From positions 7,626,001 through 7,690,000 of the forward strand of contig CM082590.2 of the NCBI GenBank assembly GCA_040954595.2: a stretch of 64,000 nt of DNA, read 5' to 3'. Made by a program: the position numbers and the translations under genes. The stretch's first letter is position 1, and every line of letters begins with the position of its first letter. Origin of the DNA: Balanoglossus misakiensis (taxonomy: Eukaryota; Animalia; Hemichordata). Below, piece by piece: positions 1 through 12,312 of this stretch. The notes under the pieces were generated by a model, which worked only from the letters and a program-made list of their open reading frames with translations, was not told where the DNA came from and did no database searches.

Positions 1-1203
1 ATAGCTCATGATTTTTATCAAAAAATGACAATTTTTCGACTTTGCGAATTTTCAAAATTTCTTCATTTTTTGAAAAAATCATGGGTTATAGCTCATGATT
101 TTTATCAAAAAATGACAATTTTTCGACTTTGCGAATTTTCAAAATTTCTTCAATTTTTGAAAAAATCATGGGTTATAGCTCATGATTTTTATCAAAAAAT
201 GACAATTTTTCGACTTTGCGAATTTTCAAAATTTCTTCATTTTTTGAAAAAATCATGGGTTATAGCTCATGATTTTTATCAAAAAATGACAATTTTTCGA
301 CTTTGCGAATTTTCAAAATTTCTTCATTTTTTGAAAAAATCATGGGTTATAGCTCATGATTTTTATCAAAAAATGACAATTTTTCGACTTTGCGAATTTT
401 CAAAATTTCTTCATTTTTTGAAAAAATCATGGGTTATAGCTCATGATTTTTATCAAAAAATGACAATTTTTCGACTTTGCGAATTTTCAAAATTTCTTCA
501 TTTTTTGAAAAAATCATGGGTTATAGCTCATGATTTTTATCAAAAAATGACAATTTTTCGACTTTGCGAATTTTCAAAATTTCTTCAATTTTTGAAAAAA
601 TCATGGGTTATAGCTCATGATTTTTATCAAAAAATGACAATTTTTCGACTTTGCGAATTTTCAAAATTTCTTCATTTTTTGAAAAAATCATGGGTTATAG
701 CTCATGATTTTTATCAAAAAATGACAATTTTTCGACTTTGCGAATTTTCAAAATTTCTTCATTTTTTGAAAAAATCATGGGTTATAGCTCATGATTTTTA
801 TCAAAAAATGACAATTTTTCGACTTTGCGAATTTTCAAAATTTCTTCATTTTTTGAAAAAATCATGGGTTATAGCTCATGATTTTTATCAAAAAATGACA
901 ATTTTTCGACTTTGCGAATTTTCAAAATTTCTTCATTTTTTGAAAAAATCATGGGTTATAGCTCATGATTTTTATCAAAAAATGACAATTTTTCGACTTT
1001 GCGAATTTTCAAAATTTCTTCAATTTTTGAAAAAATCATGGGTTATAGCTCATGATTTTTTATCAAAAAATGACAATTTTTCGACTTGGCGAATTTTCAA
1101 AATTTCTTCATTTTTTGAAAAAATCATGGGTTATAGCTCATGATTTTTATCAAAAAATGACAATTTTTCGACTTTGCGAATTTTCAAAATTTCTTCAATT
1201 TCT
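1..1203. repeat. 87-bp tandem satellite, ~14 near-identical copies, continues beyond window start
   Basis: Unit ATAGCTCATGATTTTTATCAAAAAATGACA...AAAATCATGGGTT repeats every 87 bp; the 29-aa periodic ORF 25..1143 is its translation. Contains the imperfect palindrome CATGGGTTATAGCTCATG. Confidence 0.98.
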
Positions 1204-2269
1204 TCCGCACAATAATATTAGCAACCTCTGATTCTGGCCGTTCATTTTGGAATATGAATTAATGCAATAAATTCTATCCTTATTCCATACTATAGTTTCC
1301 TATGCCACTCTGTTTTTTTATTGTAATAAATTGAAGGAAGATTTTGAATCGACATTTATTGACAATTCACACAAAACACAGCACAGTACCAAAGTTTATG
1401 ATGTGGTAGATAACGCCCAGATTGTAAATGCGCTTGTTTTTTATTGAAATAAATTTGACATTGTCTGAACAATTAAATGTCTCAGGAAAATCATTGTCAC
1501 AAGTCCCCCCAACCCTCCACTTCCTTTGTTAATTATCACCACCATGGTCGCCTTCATCATCGTTGTCAGGCCTACGTAATAAATTATATGAAAACCTTTG
1601 AAACACACAGTCAATTATTTGAAACTTTTGGCAATTGTCAGTGGCACTGACATGATGTGATAAACAGCACCCCAACGGAATAATCAGGAAAGTGACTTCT
1701 AAATGGGGTTGGGAATTGTGAATTTACTTTGGCAATATACTAAGTATTTTACCAAAGTTATTAAAACTGAGAAACAACTATGGTATTTTGAAAACCTCTC
1801 TTCTTGCCAAGTTAGTACTTAGATTCTCTGAGCAAAAAAAGTCTTCTTTTGTAATTTGATTTCTAAACAAAGTAGCTGGTATATATGGTACTAATATACA
1901 AATCATCTTATACCCGTTAAATTTAATATTTTCTACTATTCGCTTTCATAATAATTATTATAATTGCAAAAATACGGTGTTTTGAGGTGATCTCCATAAA
2001 CACCACTTCGTTGGTCAGTACTGTGTTAACGATGATCCCACACAGCGCCCTCTATCGCCCTTAGAAATATTGTGTTTGATAGTGTTTTTGATAGTATTCG
2101 TACAAAATACAGACATCTTTCTATCAAATTTACATTACCATCGAAGTAACAGATCGTAAATATGCTTAGTCTCATCATAACCAGCCGAAAAGTACTTTAG
2201 TAATCACCGATTAACGTAATGTGATAGTCCTATAAGTTATAGCTTAGTTTTCCGGCTAATTATGCAAAT

Positions 2270-2354
2270 TACTTTGTGGCGTAAAGGATAGAGTGACCTC
2301 CCTTGGTCTGAGAGGTCACGAGTTCGAGTCCCAGTAGGGATTCACTATTTTTTT
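2270..2354 (+). pseudogene. Degenerate tRNA-like Pol III unit 1 (TTG at anticodon position)
   Basis: A box TGGCGTAAAGG, B box GTTCGAGTCC at tRNA spacing, oligo-T at 2348-2354, ATGCAAAT directly upstream; stems pair poorly. Confidence 0.6.
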
Positions 2355-2828
2355 CTTCTAGAGTAGACGTAGTCTACATTCGGTCTTCTTCTGTATTTCC
2401 AAATAAAGTAGTCGGTACAAGCAGTTTTAATGTTCAAACCATCTTAAGCCGGTTAAATTCGCTATTTTCCGATACTCTTTCATAATTAATAAAGTCTGGC
2501 ATGGTGGTTGGAGATCGGTTGTGGTCTGGTATTTAATGGACATCGTGCATAACGCCCTCTGGAGAGGCTTCCCTCTCCCTCCCCCTTCCTTTGACCTTCG
2601 GAGGCTGTGTTGCGTTTCCCAAACACAGCCGCGCTGGTGCCCTTAAAAATAAGTATTTTTATAGTATCGTACAAACTACAGGCATCTTTCTATCTAACTT
2701 ACTTTACCATGGAAGTAAACTGTCGTTACTAAGCCCGGTCTCACTGTAGCGAGCCGTAAAAACCTAAGTAAACTACCAAGAACATAGTCTATAGCATATA
2801 TCTTAGATTTCATGCAAATTATGCAAAT

Positions 2829-2914
2829 GTGTATGTGGCGTAGTGGCTAGAGTGATTGGCTACGGTGCGAGAGGTCCCGGGTTCGATTCCCGGCAGGGAT
2901 TCATTTTTTTTTTT
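2829..2914 (+). pseudogene. Degenerate tRNA-like Pol III unit 2 (ACG at anticodon position)
   Basis: A box TGGCGTAGTGG, perfect T-arm CCGGG-TTCGATT-CCCGG, long oligo-T, two ATGCAAAT octamers upstream; anticodon and acceptor stems imperfect. Confidence 0.7.
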
Positions 2915-3369
2915 CTACAGTAGACTGATGTCGATGACCGCTGCCTCTCACGTGACAAGGAAGACGCTCATTATGGTCTCATATTCCTCCCCTTTTCCCT
3001 TCGAGTGACGTCATTGCACCTGGATTGCGTATACAGTACATTTACATGCGACTGTCATGTGACTGACTAGTTGTAGATACTGTCTCTAGAGAGCGCTGTG
3101 CGTGACCTTTAGCCTTCCGTGACGTGTGACTTGACCCAAACATAGGCGCGCTAAAGCCCTTAGAAAAATGCGTGTTTTCGACAGTAAAGTACAAAGTATG
3201 AACATTTGTCTATTGAATTAACGTTACCGCCAACGGTATTGACCGAAAACAAGCTCATTTTTACTTTAGCAAGTCAAAAAGTACTTGCTTTTACGAGATC
3301 GAGCCATGTTGTTTACATACAATTACGTTGTGGCATTCATAACTTAGTTGTTTGGACTACCATATAAAC

Positions 3370-3451
3370 ATTAGCGTGGCCTAGTGGTTATGGCCATGGA
3401 CTGCTATGCGGCGGATCCCGGGTTCGAGCCCCGGCAAGGGAGGGATTTTTT
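3370..3451 (+). pseudogene. Degenerate tRNA-like Pol III unit 3 (GCT at anticodon position)
   Basis: A box TGGCCTAGTGG, perfect T-arm CCGGG-TTCGAGC-CCCGG, T6 run; 5' half resembles tRNA-Ser(GCT) but the anticodon stem does not pair. Confidence 0.65.
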
Positions 3452-3697
3452 TCAACCAAAGGCCAAGCACAGCGCCCTCTCGAGTCTCAACTTATAGTTA
3501 CCTTTGGTTCTTCGATCCAGTTATTTTCCTTTTTTTTCTCTCTTAAAACAGGAATATGCTCTTTTTATTTACTCTACCATGCATTAGAAGCTGTACAAAC
3601 CATTTTTTTATCGAAAAATTGGCTCTAAACCCTTTTCCTAGGTTATTAGTAAGTGATGTGACCAATATATAGAAGTTCCGAGCTTATGTTTGCATGC

Positions 3698-3770
3698 AGC
3701 TCCGTGGCCTAGTGGTCAAGGTAAGTGACTAGCAAGTGGAAGGACGCGAGATCAAGACCCGCTGGAGGTG
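3698..3770 (+). pseudogene. Degenerate tRNA-like unit 4 (AGC at anticodon position)
   Basis: A box TGGCCTAGTGG, degenerate B box GATCAAGACC at the same spacing as units 1-3, partial acceptor stem CTCC/GGAG; no oligo-T. Confidence 0.45.
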
Positions 3771-4197
3771 GACATGGTGCACATGGAGAAGACCGGACGT
3801 GGATGGAACATGGACACAGGACGAAGATTTGCAGGTAAGTCGAAACATAGGGGAGGGGTCATGCATCAGGGGTCAATCAAAAGGGGGGGAGATCATACAC
3901 CGGGGATAGATAGAGGGGGGAGGCCATGCAACGAGGGGAGACACAGGGAGGGGGGCATGCAACAGGTAGGAAGGAAGAAGGGGGGGAGACAAGATGAGGA
4001 GGAGAGAGAAGGGCGAGAGACAAAAATTTTTCCCCAAAAAAATTTTCCCGCCTTTTTTTTTTTAATTTTTCTGATTTCAACAAAAAAAAATTTTCTGGAC
4101 AAAATTTATCAGTTGCTCTTCACACTGTTAGCACTGTATTTTGACAGTGCAACCATCAATTTTACAGATTTTCACAAAAATGTCATTGCTTTTTGCT

Positions 4198-4580
4198 CTT
4201 TTAATGGTTAAAATGACCTTAATTTGGTAAGAAATGGGTATTTAAGTGATCGAAATGGCTATTTTGGTGAAAATAATGAAAAATACATGTAATTTGGAAC
4301 TTTAATGGTTAAAATGACCTTAATTTGGTAAGAAATTGGTATTTAAGTGATCGAAATGGCTATTTTGGTGAAAATAATGAAAAATTCATGTAATTTTGGA
4401 AAAAATGGCTATTTCGGTGGAAGAATTGGCTATTTTGGATAAAATGGTGAAAAAAAACATTCAATTTGGTAAGAAATGCCTATTTTAGTGAAAGAAATGC
4501 CTATTTTAATGTTGAAGGAATGTGATTTTTTGGTAAAAATAATGAAAATATCTGTAATTTTGAACGAATTGGCTATTTTG
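4198..4580. repeat. AT-rich tandem repeat (~100-bp duplication plus TGGCTATTTTGG subrepeats)
   Basis: CTTTAATGGTTAAAATGACCTTAATTTGGTAAGAAA occurs at ~4198 and ~4300; (A)ATGGCTATTTT recurs to ~4580. Confidence 0.8.
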
Positions 4581-5329
4581 TTCAAAATAATAGATTTTTA
4601 ACTGATAAAACAGCTAAAGCAATGAATATGTTGAGAAAAATAATAAAATTAAAGGTTGTATTGTAAAAATACAATTCGGGCAGTGTAATGAGCAACTGGT
4701 AAATTTCATTTGAAAAAAAAAATATTGAAATCAGAAAAATAAACTCCACTCTCTTCATACCATACACTGTAAGAGATACTTTGAATTTTACAATCTTTAA
4801 AAAAAAGTTAAAGTAAAAACTCATTACATGTTTTACTCTTTACCGTAATCGTTTACAGATTGTAGAAGCAAAGTCATCTTTTACAGAACACACTCAGAAA
4901 CTCACAACGTGACAACTACATGTACATTGTTTTTCAGCTTTTAATCACTACGGTATCCAAGAAATAAATTAGGTACAAGTCTAGAGCTAATTAATTCACA
5001 AACTCAAGTTTCCAAATCAGACTCAGTAAATTTTGTGCATTTCCGCGGAAGTCAAGTAAGCGCCGGTCAGGTTTAAACTCTATAAAAGCCTCTTAAACAG
5101 AAAACTACGCGAAATAACAAAGCTAAACTGAGTTACAACTTCAGGGAAAACTTCGAATACATCTAACACTAAGTCTGTCTACCATACTGCGCATGCGCAC
5201 CAACTAACACGCTAAAGTATAGGGCAACCAACACACGTGGGAAAGCGTCTATCACTAAGTGCGTCTCTGTACTGCGCATGCGTACCAACTATCACCTCGA
5301 CTCGACTGAAATTGACAACACGGAAGTAA

Positions 5330-8300
5330 ACACGCTAAGTATAGGGCATCCAACACACGCGGAAAACGGCGATTAAATTTCTGGCGAAGTGGCTAGAGCT
5401 TGTACTTTAGTGGAAATGAAGCGTATACACATAGGGCTGTATTGTAGTTAACAATAAATCTGTGGATCTACAGAAAATTTCACTTCAATCGGCGATCGGC
5501 GCTGGTGGTCAGCGACGCGTGTAATCCTATGGAGTCGGCCGCCGCTATCAACACGTATAAACAGTGGCACATGAAATTTCGTTTGCAGAAATAGCGAAGT
5601 ACTCTGTCGATTTTCTCAGTTTTTTTGCTAACCATACTTCTTAACATCAAAACAAATCGAATGGTGATAACTGCACAAACATTTACGAGTTCTGTCTGAA
5701 TTAAACAGCGAGTTTTCGTGAGTATTGCCACTGGTAAATAAAGGGGGCGTGTCACTGTGGATATTGATAAACAATGGACAGCGTTGAGATACGCGAAGTC
5801 GGGCAGCCAACAACACACGCGGTAAAGTGGCGATTTCATTTCTTGAGAAGTTGCTAGGTCTTGTACTTTAGTAAAAATGAAGTCTATGCATACAGGGCTA
5901 TACAGTAATTCACTTAAAATTTTTAGGAAACATTGGATTCTACTGGAAATTTCACTTCAATCGGCGATCGGCGCTGATGATCAGCGACGGTGACGCGTGT
6001 ACGTGTAATCCTATGGAGACAGAGTCGGCCGCCGCTATCACCACGTAAACATGAAATTTCGATTACAGAAGAAGCAAAGAACTCTAGCCCTTAGTCAATA
6101 CACTTTTCTAAAAGATTATTGCATGGACCTTACTTTGACACAAAAAATAGAGTCAGGAACCGGATTTTTTTTTATAGTGAAAGTGATTTTAAAACCGTGG
6201 ATTTTCAACAACAGTATCATGGACATCCATGATAGGAACACGGCCGCTGACATGAGGTCGAAAGAACGCGTCACCGATTGCTCAAATCTCTCTCGATTTT
6301 CCCAGTTTTTGCTTTTAAGTCTTCTTTAAATCAAGACAACGCGATTGGTGATAATTTCGCACACATTTACAGCTTCGGTCTGAATTAAACAGCGAGTTTT
6401 CGTGAGTATTGCCACTGGTAAGTAAAGGGGGCGTGTCACTGTGGACATTGATAAACAATGGACACCGCGTATATTGAAATACGCTTAGTCGGGAAACCAA
6501 CATCACACACAGAAAACCGGCGATTACATTTCTGGAGAAGTTGCTAGAGCTTGTACTTTAAGAAACATGAAGTGTCTACATATCGGGCCATATTTTAGTT
6601 CAGGAAAAATGTTATGGAAACGCAAGTTTCTACCGGAAATTTCACTTCAATCGGCGATCGGCGCTAGTGATCAGCGACGGTGACGCGTGTAATCCTATGG
6701 AGACAGAGTCGGCCGCCGATATCAACACGCAAACAGTGGCACATTAAATTTCTATTACAGAAATGGCAAATTACTCTAGCCCTAGGTCTATACACTTTTC
6801 TAAATGATTATTGCATGGGCCTAATTATGACACAAAAAACAGAGTCAGGAACCGATTTTTTTTTTTGAGTGAAAGTGATTTTAAAAACGTGGATTTTCAA
6901 CAACAGTATCATGGACGTCCATGATAGGAACACGGCCGCTGACGAGAGGTCGAAAGAACGCGTCACCGATTGCTCAAATCTCTCTCGATTTCCACAGTTT
7001 TTGCTTTTAAGTCTTCTTTAAATCAAGACAAAGCGATTGGTGATAATTTCGCACACATTTACAACTTCGGTCTGAATTAAACAGCGAGTTTTCGTGAGCA
7101 TTGCCACTGGTAAATAAAGGGGCGTGTCAGTGTAGACATTGATAAACAATGGACACCGCGTATATTGAAATACGCTAAGTCGGGAAACCAACAACACATG
7201 CAGAAAAACGGAGATTACATTTCTGGAGAAGTTGCTAGAGCTTGTACTTTAAGAAACATGAAGTGTCTACATATCTGGCCATATTGTAGTTCAGTTCAAA
7301 ATATTATGAAAACGCTAGTTTCTACAGGAAATTTCACTTCAAGCTGCGATCGGCGCTGGTGATCAGCGACGGTGACGCGTGTATGTAATCCTATGGAGAC
7401 AGAGTCGGCCGCCGATATCAACACGCAAACAGTGGCACATTAAATTTCGATTACAGAAACGGCAAAGAACTCTACCCTAATAGTCTATGTACTTTTCTAA
7501 AAGATTGTTGCATGGACTAACTTTGACACAATAATTAGAGTCAGGAACCGGAACATTTTTGAGTGAAAGTGACTTTAAATACGCGGATTTTCAACAACAG
7601 TATCAATGGACGCCAATGAAATAAACACGGTCACTCGCACAAGTATGAAAGAAAGCGTCGCCGTTTGCTCAAATCTCTGTCGATTTTCTCAGTTTTTGCT
7701 TTAGAAACTTCTTTACATCAACACAAATCGATTGGTGATATTTGCGCAAACATTTTCAACTTCGGTCTGAATGAAACAGCGAGTGTTCTTGAGTATTGCC
7801 ACTGAGAAATGAAGGGGGCGTGTCACTGTGGACATCGATAAGCAATGCAATGGACAGCGTTGAGATACGCGAAGTCGGGCAGCCAACAACACTCACGGAA
7901 AAACGGCGATTTCTTTTCTTGAGAAGTTGCTAGGTCTTGTACTTTAGTAAAAACGAAGTCTATACATACAGGGTTATATAGTAATTCACTTAAAAATCTT
8001 TAGAAAGCATCAGATTCTACTGGAAATTTCACTTCAATCTGCGATCGGCGCTTGTGATCAGCGACGGTGACGCGTGTAATCCTATGGAGACAGAGTCGGC
8101 TGCCGATATCAACACGCAAACATTGGCACATGAAATTTCGATTTACAGAAACGGCAAAGAACTCTAGCCCTTAGTCTATACACTTTTCTAAAAGATTATT
8201 GCATGGGCCTAACTTTGACACAATAATTAGAGTCAGGAACCAGAAATATTTTGAGTGAAAGTGACTTTAAATACGCGGATTTTCAACAACAGTATCAATG

Positions 8301-8543
8301 GACGCCAATGAAATAAACACGGTCACTCGCACAAGTATGAAAGAACGCGTCGCCGGTTGCTCAAATCTCTGTCGATTTTCTCAGTTTTTGCTTTAAAAAC
8401 TTCTTTACATCAACACAAATCGATTGGTGATATTTGCGCAAATATTTTCAACTTCGGTCTGAACTAAACAGAGAGTTTTCGTGAGTATTGCAACTGGTAA
8501 ATAGAGGGGGCGTGTCACTGTGGACGTTGATAAACAATGGACG
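5330..8543. repeat. ~690-bp tandem repeat, ~4.7 diverged copies
   Basis: Anchor AAATTTCACTTCAA...CGATCGGCGCT at ~5476, 5948, 6638, 7330 and 8024; the first unit is internally deleted. Confidence 0.93.
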
Positions 8544-8979
8544 GGTCACCTCAATCATGTCAATTTCTAATCTTCAATACATTTTGAATTTGACCGGATA
8601 CTTCTATTTTGAACGTTTGAATTGCAAAAACACGGTAACTAGAAGGGGAACTGTTGTAAAAATCACGTCAGGAAACTTTGATGTGGCTACACAGTTTTAA
8701 AAGTTGTAAAAAATGACAAGAAAGTAAGTCTACATGTATACTGAAAGTTCAACACAGTAGCTGCATAGACAGTGTACATGTGCTTTCATATGTAAATGCC
8801 CACATAGAGTACTTGGCCTGAGCTCAGCACATACAGTTTTATTTTGAAATAGATTATAATAATAAAGATTAATCAAACTAATTACTCCAAAACACTGGTT
8901 TTCAGTGTCTTATTTTTCTTACATGTTAGTGATAGATCTACATTTGTGTATATCATGTGCTTTATAATGATTTGAACAG

Positions 8980-10940
8980 GGAACTTATTTACAACAGGAT
9001 GGGAATATCCTAGCCTGTCAAGCTATTTAATTTTTTTTGAGACATTGGCAAAATATAAGCTTCACTGGTAAACATTAAAATTTATCTGGCTGTACAAGAC
9101 TTCATATGAAGGTTTGGTTATTAAATTTTAATATTTAACCCAAAAGTTAAGCTTCCAGGGGACATTTGGGCCCACTTATTTACAACCTCAGCAGAACACT
9201 GGGGATGGAGATATCCTAGCCTGATAAGCTGTTTGACATTTCAGCCTTGTTTATCTGGCTGTATTTTCTATTTCAAGTCTTTATAGTCAATATATACGGT
9301 AAATTAAATGCTTAACCCAAAATTTAAGCTTCCAGGGGAAATTTGGACCCACTTATTTACAACCTCAGCAGAACACTGGGGATGGAGATATCCTAGCCTG
9401 ACAAGCTATTTGACATTTCAGCCCTGTTTATCTGGCTGTATTGTCTATTTCAAGTCATTATAGTCAATATATAAAGGTAAATTAAATACTTAACCCAAAA
9501 TTTAAGCTTCCAGGGGAAATTTGGTCCCACTTATTTACAACCTCAGCAGAACACTGGGGATGGAGATATCCTAGCCTGACAAGCTATAAGACATTTCAGC
9601 CCTGTTTATCTGGCTATATTTTCTATTTCAGTTCTTTATTGACAAGAAATAAAGATTAATTAATATTTAACCCCAAAGTTAAGTCTCCAGGGACCATAAG
9701 GGCCCACTTATTTACAACCTCAGCAGAACACTGGGGATGGAGATATCCTAGCCTGACAAGCTGTTTGATATTTTAGTCCTGTTTATCTGGCTGTATTGTC
9801 TATTTCAAGTCATTATAGTCAATATATAAAGGTAAATTAAATACTTAACCCAAAATTTAAGCTTCCAGGGGAAATTTGGACCCACTTATTTACTACCTCA
9901 GCAGAACACTGGGGATGGAGATATCCTAGCCTGACAAGCTATTTGACATTTCATCCCTGTTTATCTGGCTGTATTGTCTATTTCAAGTCATTATAGTCAA
10001 TATATACGGTAAATTAAATACTTAACCCCAAATTTAAGCCTCTAGGGGAAATTTGGACCCACTTATTTACAACCTCAGCAGAACACTGGGGATGGAGATA
10101 TCCTAGCCTGACAAGCTATTAGACATTTTAGCCCTGTTTATCTGGCTGTATTGTCTATTTCAAGTCATTATAGTCAATATATAAAGGTAAATTTAATACT
10201 TAACCCAAAATTTAAGCTTCCAGGGAAATTTGGCCCCACTTATTTACAACCTCAGCAGAACACTGGGGATGGAGATATCCTAGCCTGACAAGCTATTTGA
10301 CATTTCATCCCTGTTTATCTGGCTGTATTTTCTATTTCAGGTCTTTAATGACAAGAAATAAAGATTAATTAATATTTAACTCCAAAGTTAAGTCTCCAGG
10401 GACCATAAGGGCCCACTTATTTACAACCTCAGCATAACACTGGGGATGGAGATATCTTAGCCTGACAAGCTATTAGACATTTCAGCCCTGTTTATCTGGC
10501 TATATTTTCTATTTCAGGTCTTTATTGACAAGAAATAAAGATTAATTAATATTTAACCCCAAAGTTAAGTCTCCAGGGACCATAAGGGCCCACTTATTTA
10601 CAACCTCAGCATAACACTGGGGATGGAGATATCTTAGCCTGACAAGCTATTAGACATTTCAGCCCTGTTTATCTGGCTATATTTTCTATTTCAGGTCTTT
10701 ATTGACAAGAAATAAAGATTAATTAATATTTAACCCCAAAGTTAAGTCTCCAGGGACCATAAGGGCCCACTTATTTACAACCTCAGCAGAACACTGGGGA
10801 TGGAGATATCTTAGCCTGACAAGCTATTAGACATTTCAGCCCTGTTTATCTGGCTGTATTTTCTATTTCAGGTCTTAATTGTCAAGATTATTTAAAATAT
10901 AACCCAAAATTTAAGCCTCCAAGGGAAATTTGGGCCCACA
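8980..10940. repeat. ~178-bp tandem satellite, ~11 copies, two subtypes
   Basis: CCCACTTATTTACAACCTCAGCAGAACACTGGGGATGGAGATATC recurs every 177-179 bp from ~9172 to ~10766. Confidence 0.96.
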
Positions 10941-11980
10941 GAGGTTATTACTGAACATTTTGTATAAATTCTGCAAAATAAAAATAATCTGACAGAATTT
11001 TTAGTCATCACAGAAATACCCTGAAATATACACACTGAGTACATTATGTGAATTTCATTATGGTAATTATGTATGATACAAATGTACTCCTTTCAAAACA
11101 TTACGTCATGTTTATTTTTTTTTCCACAGAACTGATGGTTTTGTAAACAACCGAGATAATGCTCGAGAAATAAAAAGCTATTAAAACGATTAAAACCCTG
11201 CACCATTGTGTCGACCCACCTACTATTATTATACACCGATTGAACATTTTCAATGAAGGTCTAACCACTTACAAGTTACATTAACAGAGAAGCGGTCATC
11301 TCATTTACAACAGATACTGCAGTTAATATTTGCATCACAATATTATTATTAAAACTCGGGTAATTTTATCACTAAAAGCCAGTTTCGACGGTCGATTGGG
11401 GAAACAGTTGAGTTGTTTTGATCCGGATTTGAGCACACGAGGGATTTCTACTGCGTTCACTCCAACACCGCAGGAGTGTGTTGTTGTCGGAACCGTGGGC
11501 TAAACCGTGAATTTATTGGGAGCCAGGCCCCTTCGAACCCTATATTTCACGCTGTCGGAAGGTTGGACGGCTACGGCTATCATAGCTCTGCTCGGCAGGG
11601 CTGTGTTTACTGGCCACGCTGTTGTTGGATGCCCTATCCATATGCCCTACTCCTAGCGCTCGGCTTGTAAACAATCACAACATGACTGTAAAAATCATGC
11701 AAAAATACAATCTTACTGTGATTTTCCTGTAGATTCAGTCTTCTCCTTGCACTTGTGTGGAGTTTAGGCGTCCTATAATGAAACCACGGGCACTTCTTGA
11801 CCGGATTTGGTGAAAGTTCGAGGCAATTTTTAAGCTATACGCGTGTTTACATGTCGACTGTTGCGGCTATGGGACTTCCATGAAACACGTGTGGGTCAAA
11901 GGTCGAAGGTCAGTATTAGGGGGATATCCTGACCTCATTAGTGCGCCCCTAGTGGTAATAACTACAAATGCTGATCGCAG

Positions 11981-12246
11981 TATGACGTCACCGCAACTGC
12001 GTACGTACGCTTATTATTATTCATTAGCTTATAAGTATTCTCCGCCATCTTCTCTTATTAATATTTATAAGCTAATGAATAATAGGTATTCTCCGCCATC
12101 TTCTCCCGCCATTAATATTTATAAGCTAATGAATAATAAGCCTGGTGACGTCATACCCCAACTCACTCAATCCTGGCCAGGCTTTTTATTATTCATTAGC
12201 CCAGCTTATAAATATTCATGATAAGGGAGAAGATGGCGGAGAATAT
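11981..12246. promoter_or_regulatory. Nested inverted-repeat cluster with CRE and YY1-like motifs
   Basis: TATGACGTCACC (11981) and GGTGACGTCATA (~12144); ATTATTCATTAGCTTATAA and its reverse complement; TATTCTCCGCCATCTTCTC twice forward and once inverted. Function is inferred. Confidence 0.5.
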
Positions 12247-12312
12247 ATATAATTTTGACTATAGAGGGCGCCAGGACCATTTCTGCTCTCAAGATTGGAT
12301 GCTGGGTTAGAC

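Noticed and set aside
25-1143. 372-aa ORF
   Set aside because: It is the stop-free frame of the 87-bp satellite, with no independent sign of coding function.
1529-1573. Tiny minus-strand terminal exon (PDNDDEGDHGGDN*) with downstream AATAAA
   Set aside because: No upstream partner exon found; could be chance.
2270-3770. Functional tRNA genes (Gln, Arg, Ser, Ala)
   Set aside because: Acceptor and anticodon stems do not pair adequately; kept only as tRNA-like units.
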